Source: Caldisericota bacterium
GTDB taxonomy: Bacteria > Caldisericota > Caldisericia > Cryosericales > Cryosericaceae
Assembly: GCA_026390155.1 (NCBI GenBank)
Contig: JAPLGL010000092.1
Span: forward strand, 630-64,629
Direction: 5' to 3'
Length of the DNA stretch: 64,000 nt
Shown here: positions 19,850 to 29,192 of the stretch, one piece after another
How positions within the stretch are numbered: position 1 is the first letter of the stretch
Layout of the letters: the number at the start of each line of letters is the position of its first letter
The notes under the pieces: model-generated
What the model was told of the DNA's origin: nothing
The model's input: only the letters and a program-made list of their open reading frames with translations
Database searches by the model: none
Made by a program: the position numbers and the translations under genes

Positions 19850-20230
19850 ATGAAGAAGAAAGGATTACTGTTATGTGTGTGCCAGGGAACATGCCCATCA
19901 TTTCAGGCGATGGACACATTTGAAGTCTTGAACACACTCAGGAGAGAGAACATCTTCGAATGGGTAGGACTTCACCCACAGCTTTGTGCAGAAGATGGAG
20001 ACCGATATCTCAGGGAGTTGCTCAAAGGGGCGGAGATCGATGAACTCTATGTCGCCGCCTGTGATCCTACGATGCAGAAGAAGATGTATAGAGACGCGTT
20101 TGACAGCGCGGGATTTGCAAGAGAAAAGCACATCGGCATTGAGATACGGAACATGAACACGGAACAGGTTATGGAGAAGATCCGTCAAGCCGTTTCGGAA
20201 AGAGAGCAGCCACAGAACAGCCCGGCATAG
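19850..20230 (+). CDS. Stand-alone HdrA N-terminal-like Cys-rich protein
   Basis: LCVCQGTC, HPQLC, VAAC.P and IEIRN motifs. Confidence 0.75.
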   Translation: MKKKGLLLCVCQGTCPSFQAMDTFEVLNTLRRENIFEWVGLHPQLCAEDGDRYLRELLKGAEIDELYVAACDPTMQKKMYRDAFDSAGFAREKHIGIEIRNMNTEQVMEKIRQAVSEREQPQNSPA

Positions 20231-20587
20231 GGCCAACTGCCAACGATTGCCGACAAGGCTGAAGTTCTCTCTCTCCCTTTTCTGAACCTGTTTCTCACTC
20301 ATGGGATCGTGCAAGCTCCCGTGGAACGGCTCGGACCCAGGGACAACTACGACCGCTACACTGGTATCGAGGCCGCGCATATGCACATCGCAGGCATGAG
20401 CCTTCAGCAGAAGATGGCAGCCCTGCGCGAGTACCGTGAGTCACAATATCGCCAGCTTCAGGACGCGGTGTACGCACGGCGCGGCTGGGATGCCGACGGA
20501 GTACCAACATTAGACACACTCAGGAATGACGGCATCGACTTCCCCGAGTTGACTGAACTGGTGGAGAAGCACGCACACAAGCAATAA
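20231..20587 (+). pseudogene. 3' remnant of an aor homolog with an internal 246-bp deletion
   Basis: Matches aor 15444-15596 (GQLPT..DKAE..CKLPWN) joined to 15834-16052. Confidence 0.85.
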
Positions 20588-20611
20588 CCGACACAAGAGA
20601 CGTAATAGCAA

Positions 20612-20642
20612 AGAAGCCCGGCCTCATCGAGGCCGGGCTTCC
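20612..20642 (+). terminator. Terminator homologous to the aor terminator
   Basis: gaagcccggcctc-atc-gaggccgggcttc. Confidence 0.75.
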
Positions 20643-20800
20643 TGGTACCTGAGGGACATGCGTATCGCCAGCGGCTACGCGACCATTTCGTACGATGCAG
20701 GAGTACGACTCCAGACAATCCCGGTGAGAGGAGCGGGTGGATCGTACGAATATGAGAGGCTCCTGCAAGCTTGTTCCCTGGATGGGTCACTGTGGATGTC

Positions 20801-20833
20801 TTGACAGTGTGCCAAGTTGCCATATTATGCAAC
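20801..20833 (+). promoter_or_regulatory. Sigma70 promoter with overlapping operator
   Basis: TTGACA 20801, TATTAT 20823; gttgcc-atatta-tgcaac at 20816-20833. Confidence 0.7.
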
Positions 20834-20910
20834 AATGAGAGAATGAGCGACAACGCATCTCTGAGGCAACAGGAAAATGACTGATAACACAGGAACAGAG
20901 AGGTGGGAAC

Positions 20911-21255
20911 ATGGATGTTGTGATCACAGCAAGGGGAGCGGGTTTGGGAGCTTGGGTCGATGACGCCTTCTCGACGGCTGGGCACGTGGTCACCGTGCAC
21001 AGCAGTGGGAGATTCAGCGCCTTTCCCAATCCACACACTGAAGAGACTTCAGGTGTCGCGTTGGCCGAGTTTCTGGTCAAGACAGTACAGCCGGGTGACA
21101 TCCTCGTAACGGGCACGATTGGCCGCGAAGCTCTTGACGTATTGTCGAGCCATGGCGTCAAAGTATACGCCGCATCAACAGGTTCGGTCATGGAATTGGC
21201 AGACTCAGCCACACGCGGTGAACTGCCGCTTGCCATTCCGCAGGCCGGCATCTAG
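20911..21255 (+). CDS. NifB/NifX-like (FeMo-cofactor-binding fold) protein
   Basis: NPH..SGVALA..LVTGTIG..A..VL...GVKVY pattern. Confidence 0.7.
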   Translation: MDVVITARGAGLGAWVDDAFSTAGHVVTVHSSGRFSAFPNPHTEETSGVALAEFLVKTVQPGDILVTGTIGREALDVLSSHGVKVYAASTGSVMELADSATRGELPLAIPQAGI

Positions 21256-21278
21256 GATACCCTTCGGGAGGAACAGTT

Positions 21279-21626
21279 ATGGCAGACAAACAGTGGAATG
21301 GTGTCGACAGGTCCAGTTTTGTCTGGAATCCCACCATCGATGAATCCAAATGCACGAATTGTGGGTTGTGCCTGTTGAGTTGTGGAGCGGGGGTCTTTGC
21401 GTTCTCCAAGTCTACCGGAAAGTACGTTGTCCTGCGCCCAGGGAGTTGCTCTGTGGGTTGCACGACATGCGGACGGGTCTGCCCGGAGGAAGCGATTACC
21501 TTCCCGGAAGACTCCAAGAAATTTGTCAAGGCAGCGGTTGTGAAATATAAGATCTTCCCAAGCGTCAAGAAGGCGCTCGACGAACGACTTGAGAAGTTCC
21601 CCGACCACGTCGTGCACGAGTCATAA
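21279..21626 (+). CDS. 4Fe-4S dicluster ferredoxin
   Basis: WNPTIDESKCTNCGLCLLSC and CSVGCTTCGRVCP. Confidence 0.88.
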   Translation: MADKQWNGVDRSSFVWNPTIDESKCTNCGLCLLSCGAGVFAFSKSTGKYVVLRPGSCSVGCTTCGRVCPEEAITFPEDSKKFVKAAVVKYKIFPSVKKALDERLEKFPDHVVHES

Positions 21627-21642
21627 TCACGGAGGAACAGAC

Positions 21643-21993
21643 ATGGCTGATGACTTTTTCGCAAAGTGGCATGGTATCGACCGTAGCACTATTACCTGGG
21701 GACCAATCATCGATCCAGACAAGTGTACCGGATGTGGCCTGTGCGTTATCACTTGTGGCGAGAAGAGAAACGTGTTTGGCTTCGACCCTGACAAGAAGAA
21801 GGCCGTGGTCCTGTTCCAGGATCACTGCATGGTGGGCTGCAATAACTGCCAGGTCGGTTGTCTCTGGGATGCCATCTCCTTCCCTAACGACGCACAATAC
21901 GTCAAAGAGCTATCTCAAACAATCTCGGAAGAACAGATCAAGAAGGAACTCAAGGCAAAGCTTGAGGCCAATCCAGATCTGGTGATTGAATAG
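21643..21993 (+). CDS. 4Fe-4S dicluster ferredoxin (paralog)
   Basis: WGPIIDPDKCTGCGLCVITC and CMVGCNNCQVGC; GGAGG RBS. Confidence 0.88.
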   Translation: MADDFFAKWHGIDRSTITWGPIIDPDKCTGCGLCVITCGEKRNVFGFDPDKKKAVVLFQDHCMVGCNNCQVGCLWDAISFPNDAQYVKELSQTISEEQIKKELKAKLEANPDLVIE

Positions 21994-22561
21994 CGGGGCA
22001 GCTGCGGCAGTAAGCCACAGCGCCCTTCGGGGACCGACGACCCAATACTGTTACAGCCACTGCAAAAGGACAGTTGGTGATGATATTCGAATTACGTGTT
22101 CACTGCATAGGCCGTGCCGGTCGAACCTGTCGTGATCGGCGTCATTGCAGCGGGTGACTGATTGGAGACACCTGCTAGCTCCATGTTGATGACAAGCTCC
22201 CGACCGGTGACTCCAGCTTAAGTCGGCACCTGTAGCGCGTGAACGCTGCTTCCCGCCTTCTGCTCTCTGAGGGTGGAGCGGTCAGCGAACGAAACTTCGC
22301 GGCGAATGAATGACGGCAGCCCATCCGGCGGTTCGGTCAGGCTCAGGCCGCCGATGATCCTCTCTCGTTGGAGGAAGAGCTCTTGCACTGCCATAAGTAA
22401 CAAGTTCTGTGTACACTCTCGCGAGCAACCTCTCCTGTCTCATGAATCGATTCAGATAGTCCGGATACCCATCAGATGAATCAATGCTGTCCCCTTGACA
22501 GTCATTGAGAGTTGCATATCATACATAGATGCAAATGACATATATGACTGCGAGCGTATAG

Positions 22562-23017
22562 ATGCGGGGAGAGAACTGCCATACCACACCAATGTGTGGT
22601 TTCGGCAATATTGGGATGAGCCCTAACTTCTGGATGAGGGCCTGGGTTCTTGTATCGCTTTCGAGACAAAAGTCCTATGGCTATGAATTAATGAATGCCA
22701 TCTCAAGGCTCTTCCCCGAATACAGTGCAAGTTCGCCGAGCACGATGGGAAACCACTACAGGATCTTGAGAATGCTCGAGACCAATGGTTTCATTACATC
22801 AGAGTGGGATACGACGGGTACTGGGCCGGCAAGGAGAATCTATGACATTACGCCGTTGGGAAGAAAAGAAACCGAGGAGATTGTCAGATACATCGGGCAA
22901 ACGAAACAGGTGGTCGACAGATTTGTCGGCTATATCGAAGAGCACGGGGAGAAGTTGAGTGAGCGTGAGCAGAAGTCTGAGGCAAGGTCTGTCTTGAAAC
23001 AGGCTGTTGGAGAGTGA
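22562..23017 (+). CDS. PadR family regulator
   Basis: SYGYEL, YRILRMLE and GPARRIYDITPLG; TTGACA at 22495. Confidence 0.88.
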   Translation: MRGENCHTTPMCGFGNIGMSPNFWMRAWVLVSLSRQKSYGYELMNAISRLFPEYSASSPSTMGNHYRILRMLETNGFITSEWDTTGTGPARRIYDITPLGRKETEEIVRYIGQTKQVVDRFVGYIEEHGEKLSEREQKSEARSVLKQAVGE

Positions 23018-23021
23018 GGCG

Positions 23022-23516
23022 GTGAACGCAAACACTGTCGAAGGGATCATCTTCCTTGCCTTTGTGATGATTCTGTATGCCGTTTACTTTGTGAAGGGCG
23101 ACAAGAAGAAAGTGAAAGATGCTTCGAAGAAAAGCGTCAAGGTCTTTATCCAGAACTCCGTGCGGATATATGCAGTCTTTGTCATCATTGCAATTCTGCA
23201 GAAGTTCATTTCTCCGGAGGCCGTCTCTTCATTCTTGCTGAGATTCAACGGACTGACGGGCATTCTTGCCGGTGCGCTGGCCGGGTCTGTCATGATGGGA
23301 CCGGGTGCGACAAGCTATCCAATCGGCCAGTACCTCCTCAGCAATGGTGCGGGCTATGCCATTGTTGCGGCCTTTCTTTTCACCTGGGTTGGTATTGGAG
23401 TTATTTCGATACCATATGAATTCAAGTTCCTCGGCAAGGAGTTTACACTCCTTCGCAATGGATTTACGTTCGTCGCTGCGATTTTCATCGCCCTGCTCAT
23501 GGGGGTCCTCTTATGA
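23022..23516 (+). CDS. Half-size ArsP_1-like permease
   Basis: MGPGATSYP and PYEFKFLGKEFTLLRN. Confidence 0.8.
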   Translation: MNANTVEGIIFLAFVMILYAVYFVKGDKKKVKDASKKSVKVFIQNSVRIYAVFVIIAILQKFISPEAVSSFLLRFNGLTGILAGALAGSVMMGPGATSYPIGQYLLSNGAGYAIVAAFLFTWVGIGVISIPYEFKFLGKEFTLLRNGFTFVAAIFIALLMGVLL

Positions 23517-24016
23517 AACAGATGCTCAAAGACTGGGCAATCGAGCTCGTCATTCTGTTCACTGCGGTTGTACTTGTAGTCTTGAATCCTTCCAAGGTCT
23601 ATGCCGCACTCATTTCTGCAAACGTCAGCTATTTGAATCTTTCGATCATCATTGTTGCAGTGGCATTGCTGTCGTCGTTCATTGCGACAACTATCCCCAA
23701 GCAGGCGATAGGAAAGGCGATCGGCAAGCAGAGTGGCGTCAAGGGAATCCTCATCGGTGCGATCTTTGGCACCCTGATGGTGGGGCCTGCATATATGTTC
23801 TTCCCGTTTTTCAAGGAACTCAGAGATAGGGGGGCCGGGCCAAACATCATAGCAACAACAGTTGGCGCCTGGGCGATCAAGATCGCCTGGATCCCTTTCG
23901 CGATTTCAGTCCTTGGCTGGAGATTTGTTGTCCTGTTCAATGCGCTGATTTTCGTCTTTGCTGTTTTCTCGGGGATGTTTGTCGGAGCCTTCTACAAGGA
24001 GCAAGAAAGTTACTAG
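23513..24016 (+). CDS. Half-size ArsP_1-like permease
   Basis: IGKQSG, VGPAYMFFP and LGWRF. Confidence 0.8.
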   Translation: MKQMLKDWAIELVILFTAVVLVVLNPSKVYAALISANVSYLNLSIIIVAVALLSSFIATTIPKQAIGKAIGKQSGVKGILIGAIFGTLMVGPAYMFFPFFKELRDRGAGPNIIATTVGAWAIKIAWIPFAISVLGWRFVVLFNALIFVFAVFSGMFVGAFYKEQESY

Positions 24017-24061
24017 GAATTTCCCTACCAATTTGGATTATGGGGAGTTGGGATAGAAGAA

Positions 24062-24478
24062 TTGAGGAAGGAGATGAATGAAAGTATGGAGTCAGGCAAA
24101 GTAGAAATTGGCTTGATAGCCTGTGCAAGCAATGCTTCAAATACTGGAAGTCTAGCGGGGAGGGTTGCTTTGGGGCTTACAAAAATGCTTGGAGAGAAAG
24201 CAGGGATTTGTTCTTTGCCTGCAATTGTCACAAATGTTCCACGGCAAACGAATCTTGTCAGATCCATTCCACAACTTATCGTGATTGATGGTTGTCACAA
24301 CGAATGCGCAAGGAAGATCGTCGCAAATGCCAAAATTGACCCTTCGATATATATCAATTTGGAGTACGACCTGGGGTTTCAAAAGGAAGGTCCATTTTCC
24401 ACGTTCAACTACGAGGAGGATAGTGTCAAGAGCATAGTCGACCACGTTTTGTCAGAAATTGACAAGAAAAGGAAATAG
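24062..24478 (+). CDS. DGC-domain putative zinc-binding protein
   Basis: AC..ASNTG, GICSL and VIDGCHNECA; start may be 24075 or 24087. Confidence 0.8.
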   Translation: MRKEMNESMESGKVEIGLIACASNASNTGSLAGRVALGLTKMLGEKAGICSLPAIVTNVPRQTNLVRSIPQLIVIDGCHNECARKIVANAKIDPSIYINLEYDLGFQKEGPFSTFNYEEDSVKSIVDHVLSEIDKKRK

Positions 24479-24631
24479 ACAAGTGGCATCTTGTTGCTGT
24501 TAAGCCTTTTGACGGCTTAGCCATCAAGCCAGACGCCTGATGGTTTACCAATGCCAGAAAGCAAGTCGTGGTACTGTGCTCTTCCATGGTACGTAAAGCA
24601 AGTAAGAACATCAAAGTAGTTCTTGGGAGGA

Positions 24632-25117
24632 ATGAAGATGAACATTGGGTATATTTACCTTGCTGTTGCCGCCATACTCATGGTGCTTTCGCTCATTAAG
24701 GACAGGCACAAGACAAAGAAAGCCCTGATAAGCACCGGCAAAATTGCCCTGAACGTGCTCCCTGTGCTGTTTTTCATATTCATATTGATGGGTGTCATCA
24801 ACATCTATGTCACAAAGCACCTGGTCGTGGAGTTACTTGGCACGGGAAGCGGAATGTGGGGCATCCTCATTGGAGAGCTGGTCGGTGCTATTGCACTCAT
24901 AGAACCTGCCGCAGTCTTTCCTTTCTCTGGCTCACTTCTTGCGAAGGGTGCAAGCTATGGGGTCATCTACGCCTTTGCATCTACCGCAGTGCTCATAGGT
25001 ATTGCGACGCTTCCAGCAGAACTTAAGTTCATGGGCAAGAAATTTACCATTGTGCGGAATGTCCTTACCTTTGTCCTTGTCTTCCTGATAGGACTTGTTT
25101 TCAAGTATTTCATGTAG
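24632..25117 (+). CDS. Half-size ArsP_1-like permease
   Basis: KDRHKTKKAL, LGTGSG, FPFSGSLL and ELKFMGKKFT..RN. Confidence 0.8.
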   Translation: MKMNIGYIYLAVAAILMVLSLIKDRHKTKKALISTGKIALNVLPVLFFIFILMGVINIYVTKHLVVELLGTGSGMWGILIGELVGAIALIEPAAVFPFSGSLLAKGASYGVIYAFASTAVLIGIATLPAELKFMGKKFTIVRNVLTFVLVFLIGLVFKYFM

Positions 25118-25130
25118 AAGGCGGCCTAAC

Positions 25131-26036
25131 TTGAGAAAACTACTAAGAGAAGCGCTCATCTATGTTCTGTTGGGTCTGGCCATCTGGAGCGTTGTAGCGC
25201 TGTTTTCTTTCACGAAGAGCGTACAAGTCGCCAAAGTGGCGTACAAAGGTTTTGCGGGAGCCGCTTGGATCATAGTCTCCGTATTCTTCTTTATTGGATT
25301 GATCCAGGCCTGGGTAACACCTGAACAATTGTCAAAGTATCTGGGCAAGAGTGCTGGCTGGAAGAGATTTGCCTTTGCATCAACTGTACCAATTCTCCTT
25401 GGAGGTTCTCTCTTTACAATGTTGCCTCTGACAAAGTCGCTAAAAGACAAGGGAGCATCTGACGCTGCCATCCTGGCCTTCTTGACTGCATGGAGTGGAA
25501 AAGCGCCCCTCATACCTCTGGAAGCACAATTCCTGGGCTGGAGATTTACTATCGTAAGGACAGTTCTGATCATACCTACTGCGATAGTCATGGGATTGGT
25601 GGGCGAATTTATTCTGGACAGGTGGAAGGGGGCACCCGCAGTCGTCAGCTTGAATGGGATGGCAACAGGGGAGATCCTGGCAGGTGAGGCCGTAATCGAG
25701 GAGTCGGACAAAGAGTTCAACCTTCGACAAGTGGAAGCGGAAAAGCTGGTTTCCGGTGCTGCCTATCGTGTTGGATTCGAATTGCTGGGAGATATCTTGG
25801 GGAAAAACATCCCGCTCAAACTCGGAGAACTTGCATCCAGGTATGATTACGAATTGGTCAAGTGCGAAGTCACCACGCCCTCACTGAGCTTTAGCAATCG
25901 TGAGAAGAAGTTCCCCTCAAGGGCGAAATTCGTGTTTGCATCCAAATCCCATGGAGATATGTCGGAGCATCTGGACGCAATAAGGAAGCTTCTCCTGGAA
26001 AACGATATCAAGATCGTCAGCGAGAAAAGGCTGTAG
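25131..26036 (+). CDS. ArsP_1-like permease fused to a soluble C-terminal domain
   Basis: Permease motifs (LGKSAG, KAPLIPLE..FLGWRFT) followed by about 130 aa of hydrophilic sequence. Confidence 0.7.
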   Translation: MRKLLREALIYVLLGLAIWSVVALFSFTKSVQVAKVAYKGFAGAAWIIVSVFFFIGLIQAWVTPEQLSKYLGKSAGWKRFAFASTVPILLGGSLFTMLPLTKSLKDKGASDAAILAFLTAWSGKAPLIPLEAQFLGWRFTIVRTVLIIPTAIVMGLVGEFILDRWKGAPAVVSLNGMATGEILAGEAVIEESDKEFNLRQVEAEKLVSGAAYRVGFELLGDILGKNIPLKLGELASRYDYELVKCEVTTPSLSFSNREKKFPSRAKFVFASKSHGDMSEHLDAIRKLLLENDIKIVSEKRL

Positions 26037-26082
26037 TGATTGCGCGGTGCCTGGAGAGGGACCACCAAGAAGAGCAGTGACG

Positions 26083-26132
26083 TGAATCGCGAGGGCGAGA
26101 GGGCTGGGTTTGCCTCTCGCCCTCGCGATTCA
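26083..26132. terminator. 20-bp perfect inverted repeat between convergent operons
   Basis: tgaatcgcgagggcgagagg-N10-cctctcgccctcgcgattca. Confidence 0.75.
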
Positions 26133-26195
26133 TGAGCGAACAAGGAGATCACGGAAGAGAGACGCCCGTGCCCCCGGATGGAACATTGAAATAGG

Positions 26196-27146
26196 TTACA
26201 GGACCCAGTTGAAGAAATATCCCACGATCAAAATACCGAGACCCACGACTCCGATGAACGTTGCAAGCAGTCTTGGCTTGAGAACACGGCGCAGGATGAT
26301 CATCTCTGGCATCGAGAGTCCGGTGACTGCCATCATGAAAGCCAGCGTCGTCCCCAAGGGCAGGCCCTTGGCCCACAATGCCTGAACGATAGGAATGACG
26401 CCCTCCGCATTCGAGTACAGCGGGATCCCGATCGCAACAGCCAGGAGAACGGCGAAAGGATTGTCGCGGCCGGCATATCTGGCCAGGAAGTTCTCAGGGG
26501 CGTACCCATGGATGAATGCTCCAATGGCGACGCCGACTGCCACCCATGGGGCCACTTTGCGGAAGATCTCGCCAACGTATCTCCAACTGGCGACGACACG
26601 GTCCTTGAAGGTCATAGGAGCGTCGCCTGCCGCGGCACCCACCTTGATCTTGTAGACGTAATCCTCAACATACTTCTCCATGTGAAGCTGACCGATGATG
26701 ACGCCCGAGATAATGGCAATGAGCAGCCCCACACCCACATAAAGCAAGGCAATCTTCGCTCCAAACAATCCCCAGAGCAGGACCATGGCGACTTCGTTGA
26801 TCATGGGACTTGCCACCAGAAACGAGAAGGTCACGCCGAGTGGTACGCCGGACTCCACAAATCCGATAAACATCGGAATGGCTGAGCATGTGCAGAAAGG
26901 AGTAAGAATACCGAGAGAAGCGGCGAGAACGTTGCCCACAAACTGGTGCCGATGAACAAGTAGACGCTTGACCTTCTCGGCGGGGATCCATGTTCTGAGC
27001 ATCGCGACCACAAACACAATGACGACGAGGAGCAGGTAGATTTTGGGGATGTCATACACGAAGAAGTGAATGGCCTCGGTAATGAGCCGCCCCTTTGGCA
27101 GGCGCAGAAGAGTATAGGTGAACCAGTCAGCAAACATCGTCAGCAT
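26196..27146 (-). CDS. arsP: Organoarsenical efflux permease, ArsP family
   Basis: TPFCTCSAIP, SPMINE, GIPLYSN and LSMPE motifs. Confidence 0.85.
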   Translation of the reverse strand: MLTMFADWFTYTLLRLPKGRLITEAIHFFVYDIPKIYLLLVVIVFVVAMLRTWIPAEKVKRLLVHRHQFVGNVLAASLGILTPFCTCSAIPMFIGFVESGVPLGVTFSFLVASPMINEVAMVLLWGLFGAKIALLYVGVGLLIAIISGVIIGQLHMEKYVEDYVYKIKVGAAAGDAPMTFKDRVVASWRYVGEIFRKVAPWVAVGVAIGAFIHGYAPENFLARYAGRDNPFAVLLAVAIGIPLYSNAEGVIPIVQALWAKGLPLGTTLAFMMAVTGLSMPEMIILRRVLKPRLLATFIGVVGLGILIVGYFFNWVL

Positions 27147-27209
27147 GACAACCTCCGTTGATATTTCAGCGTTTGAAAAAGGGCGGCTGCCCGTCCCATT
27201 GTTTCCTTG

Positions 27210-27452
27210 TCAGGCGCCAGCGCCGACGATGGCTTTCTTTGCTTCCTCAGGCGACAGTATCCTGCCTACCATGACGACCTTGCCGTCGATGACAAGAGCA
27301 GGTGTTGCCATGACACCATAGGCCATGATCTCCTGGATGTCGGTGATGTCGACGACCTCGGCGTCCTTGCCGAGCATTGTTAGTGCCTTGCGGACGTTTG
27401 CCTCAAGCGCACGACAGCGCGCGCAGCTAGAACCCAGAATTTCGATTCGCAT
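27210..27452 (-). CDS. arsE: MTH895/ArsE-family small thioredoxin-like protein
   Basis: ILG..CARC and YGVMATPALVIDG. Confidence 0.8.
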   Translation of the reverse strand: MRIEILGSSCARCRALEANVRKALTMLGKDAEVVDITDIQEIMAYGVMATPALVIDGKVVMVGRILSPEEAKKAIVGAGA

Positions 27453-27560
27453 GATTTCTCCTCGTTTGACAGTGATTTCGCTACAGCCTGCACCACACAA
27501 CGGCAGACAAGTCAATACAGGTCATCGGTCGCCTCAAGTCGACTTGATCAGTACTTTGGT

Positions 27561-28256
27561 CTAGATTGCCAGACCGAAGATGTACTTGAGACAGAAGTAG
27601 ATGCCGACGAGGACAAAGACGGCGCCGGTTCCCCTGCGGACCCACAGCTCGAGACTGGTCATCTTGTCGAAGAAGCGTGAGGTCGCCTTGCCTCCCAGCA
27701 TAAGGACGACGGAGGCCGCGATGACAGGCAGAGCCGTCCCAATGCCGAACAGCGCAGGCAGCAGGAGTCGGGATTGGGTCTTGAGAGCAAGAGGCAGGAG
27801 ACTGCCAAAGAAGAGCGCTGCTGAAGTCGGACAGAAGGACAGGGCAAACACGAACCCAAGCAGGGCCGCCCCCCAGATTCCGGCAGCATCAGCACGGTGC
27901 TGTAGACGGGTCGATACCCCACCACCGCTCGGCATCGGCAGGCTGAGGATGTCCAGCAGAAACATGCCGACGACGACCAGGATGGGGCCCAGGATAAGGT
28001 TTCCATAACGCTGCAGCCCCATGGAGATGGCTGGTACCGATAAGGCACTGGCAACCAGGACTGCCGCAAGCGCAGTGTAGGCCACGACCCTGCCAAGCGT
28101 GTACAGCAGACCCGACATCAGGATGCGGCGCGGGTGGTTGATCGTGCGCGCCATATAGGAGATAGCAGTCAGGTTGGTCGCAAGGGGACATGGGCTGATG
28201 GACGTCAGGATGCCAAACCAGAGAGCCGCTCCTGCGCCCGCAAGGATGCCGTTCAT
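27561..28256 (-). CDS. arsG: ArsG-family / DsbD_2-type membrane protein
   Basis: TSISPCPLATN, YTLGR and FCPTSAALFFG. Confidence 0.75.
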   Translation of the reverse strand: MNGILAGAGAALWFGILTSISPCPLATNLTAISYMARTINHPRRILMSGLLYTLGRVVAYTALAAVLVASALSVPAISMGLQRYGNLILGPILVVVGMFLLDILSLPMPSGGGVSTRLQHRADAAGIWGAALLGFVFALSFCPTSAALFFGSLLPLALKTQSRLLLPALFGIGTALPVIAASVVLMLGGKATSRFFDKMTSLELWVRRGTGAVFVLVGIYFCLKYIFGLAI

Positions 28257-28858
28257 TCTTTAGAATCCAGGAATGAACGGGTCGATGACGTGATGTAGTC
28301 CTCAAATGCTTTCTGATCACCCAGGAGCTGCCAAACGTTCTGCAGGTTCTCCCACTTGCCCGGCTTGCCGTTCGTGTACCGTACGAGGACGACGGAGATG
28401 CTGGTCAGCTGGTAATCCTGGATGAAGTGTGCATTCGCTGGTTGCTGGACATCAAGGGGACGCCATATCAGCGTACCGTCTGCAAGCTGGGGAGCGAACT
28501 CTGCCTTGAGCGCATCGGATGTCCAATTCTCGATTGTGATGCACGACTGGCAGCGCTGAGTATTGCGAAAATCGTACGCGATCACGCCGTTTTTAGGCAC
28601 ACTCGTATCATCTGTTGCCAGTCCAGTTGCTGGAACAGCCGAGGACGGAGTACCGGCGGCCATCGCAGGGTCGGACTCATTATTGGAAGCCAGTGCCGCC
28701 CTGTCTCGAACCTCGTGCACGATCATCACAACAACGGCTAGCACTAAGAACGTGACGAGAATGACTCGCAAAACCGTCGTTGCCCTGCCCTTGAATGGAG
28801 CGGGCGTCGGTGTCTTCTTCTGGCTATGGTGTGCTTTCTTCTGGCTGTGATCAGTCAT
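28253..28858 (-). CDS. arsF: ArsF-family exported thioredoxin-fold protein
   Basis: TM anchor; Y.F..TQRCQSCITIE and W.NL..VW motifs. Confidence 0.72.
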   Translation of the reverse strand: MTDHSQKKAHHSQKKTPTPAPFKGRATTVLRVILVTFLVLAVVVMIVHEVRDRAALASNNESDPAMAAGTPSSAVPATGLATDDTSVPKNGVIAYDFRNTQRCQSCITIENWTSDALKAEFAPQLADGTLIWRPLDVQQPANAHFIQDYQLTSISVVLVRYTNGKPGKWENLQNVWQLLGDQKAFEDYITSSTRSFLDSKE

Positions 28859-28880
28859 CGTACCTCCAAGGACGCCGCCC

Positions 28881-29099
28881 TTACCTAACGGATTGCGGTG
28901 CAGTGGTACCAACCGACCCGCTGGGTGGCAATAGCCAGCCGCTAATCGGAGCGATTTCGGGTGACTGCATCGACAAGACACCCTCGAACGCTTGAACACC
29001 CTTCATCAGGGCTTTCCTTGTCTTAGCCCTGTCCTTGTGGGTCGAGAACGCCAACAAAACGGCGACGACACCATACAGAATCAAGTTTTCCACACTCAC
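28881..29099 (-). pseudogene. Truncated half-size permease (N-terminal remnant)
   Basis: KDRAKTRKALMKG..AFEGVL resembles the N-termini of 24632 and 17781, then degenerates. Confidence 0.6.
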
Positions 29100-29121
29100 C
29101 TCTCGATGCGCTGTTTGCTAT

Positions 29122-29192
29122 GTTTCCATTTTCGGCAACTCTTCAACATTGTCAAGAGGGGGCTTGACTAAGTTTCCTAACATTGCAACAAT
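29122..29192. promoter_or_regulatory. Divergent promoters with two operators
   Basis: gtttcc-attttc-ggcaac (29122-39) and gtttcc-taacat-tgcaac (29172-89); TTGACA on minus (29150-55) and TTGACT on plus (29164-69). Confidence 0.72.

Noticed and set aside
22000-22490. Short ORFs or an ncRNA between the ferredoxins and padR
   Set aside because: No RBS, recognisable motif or convincing structure; probably decayed coding DNA.
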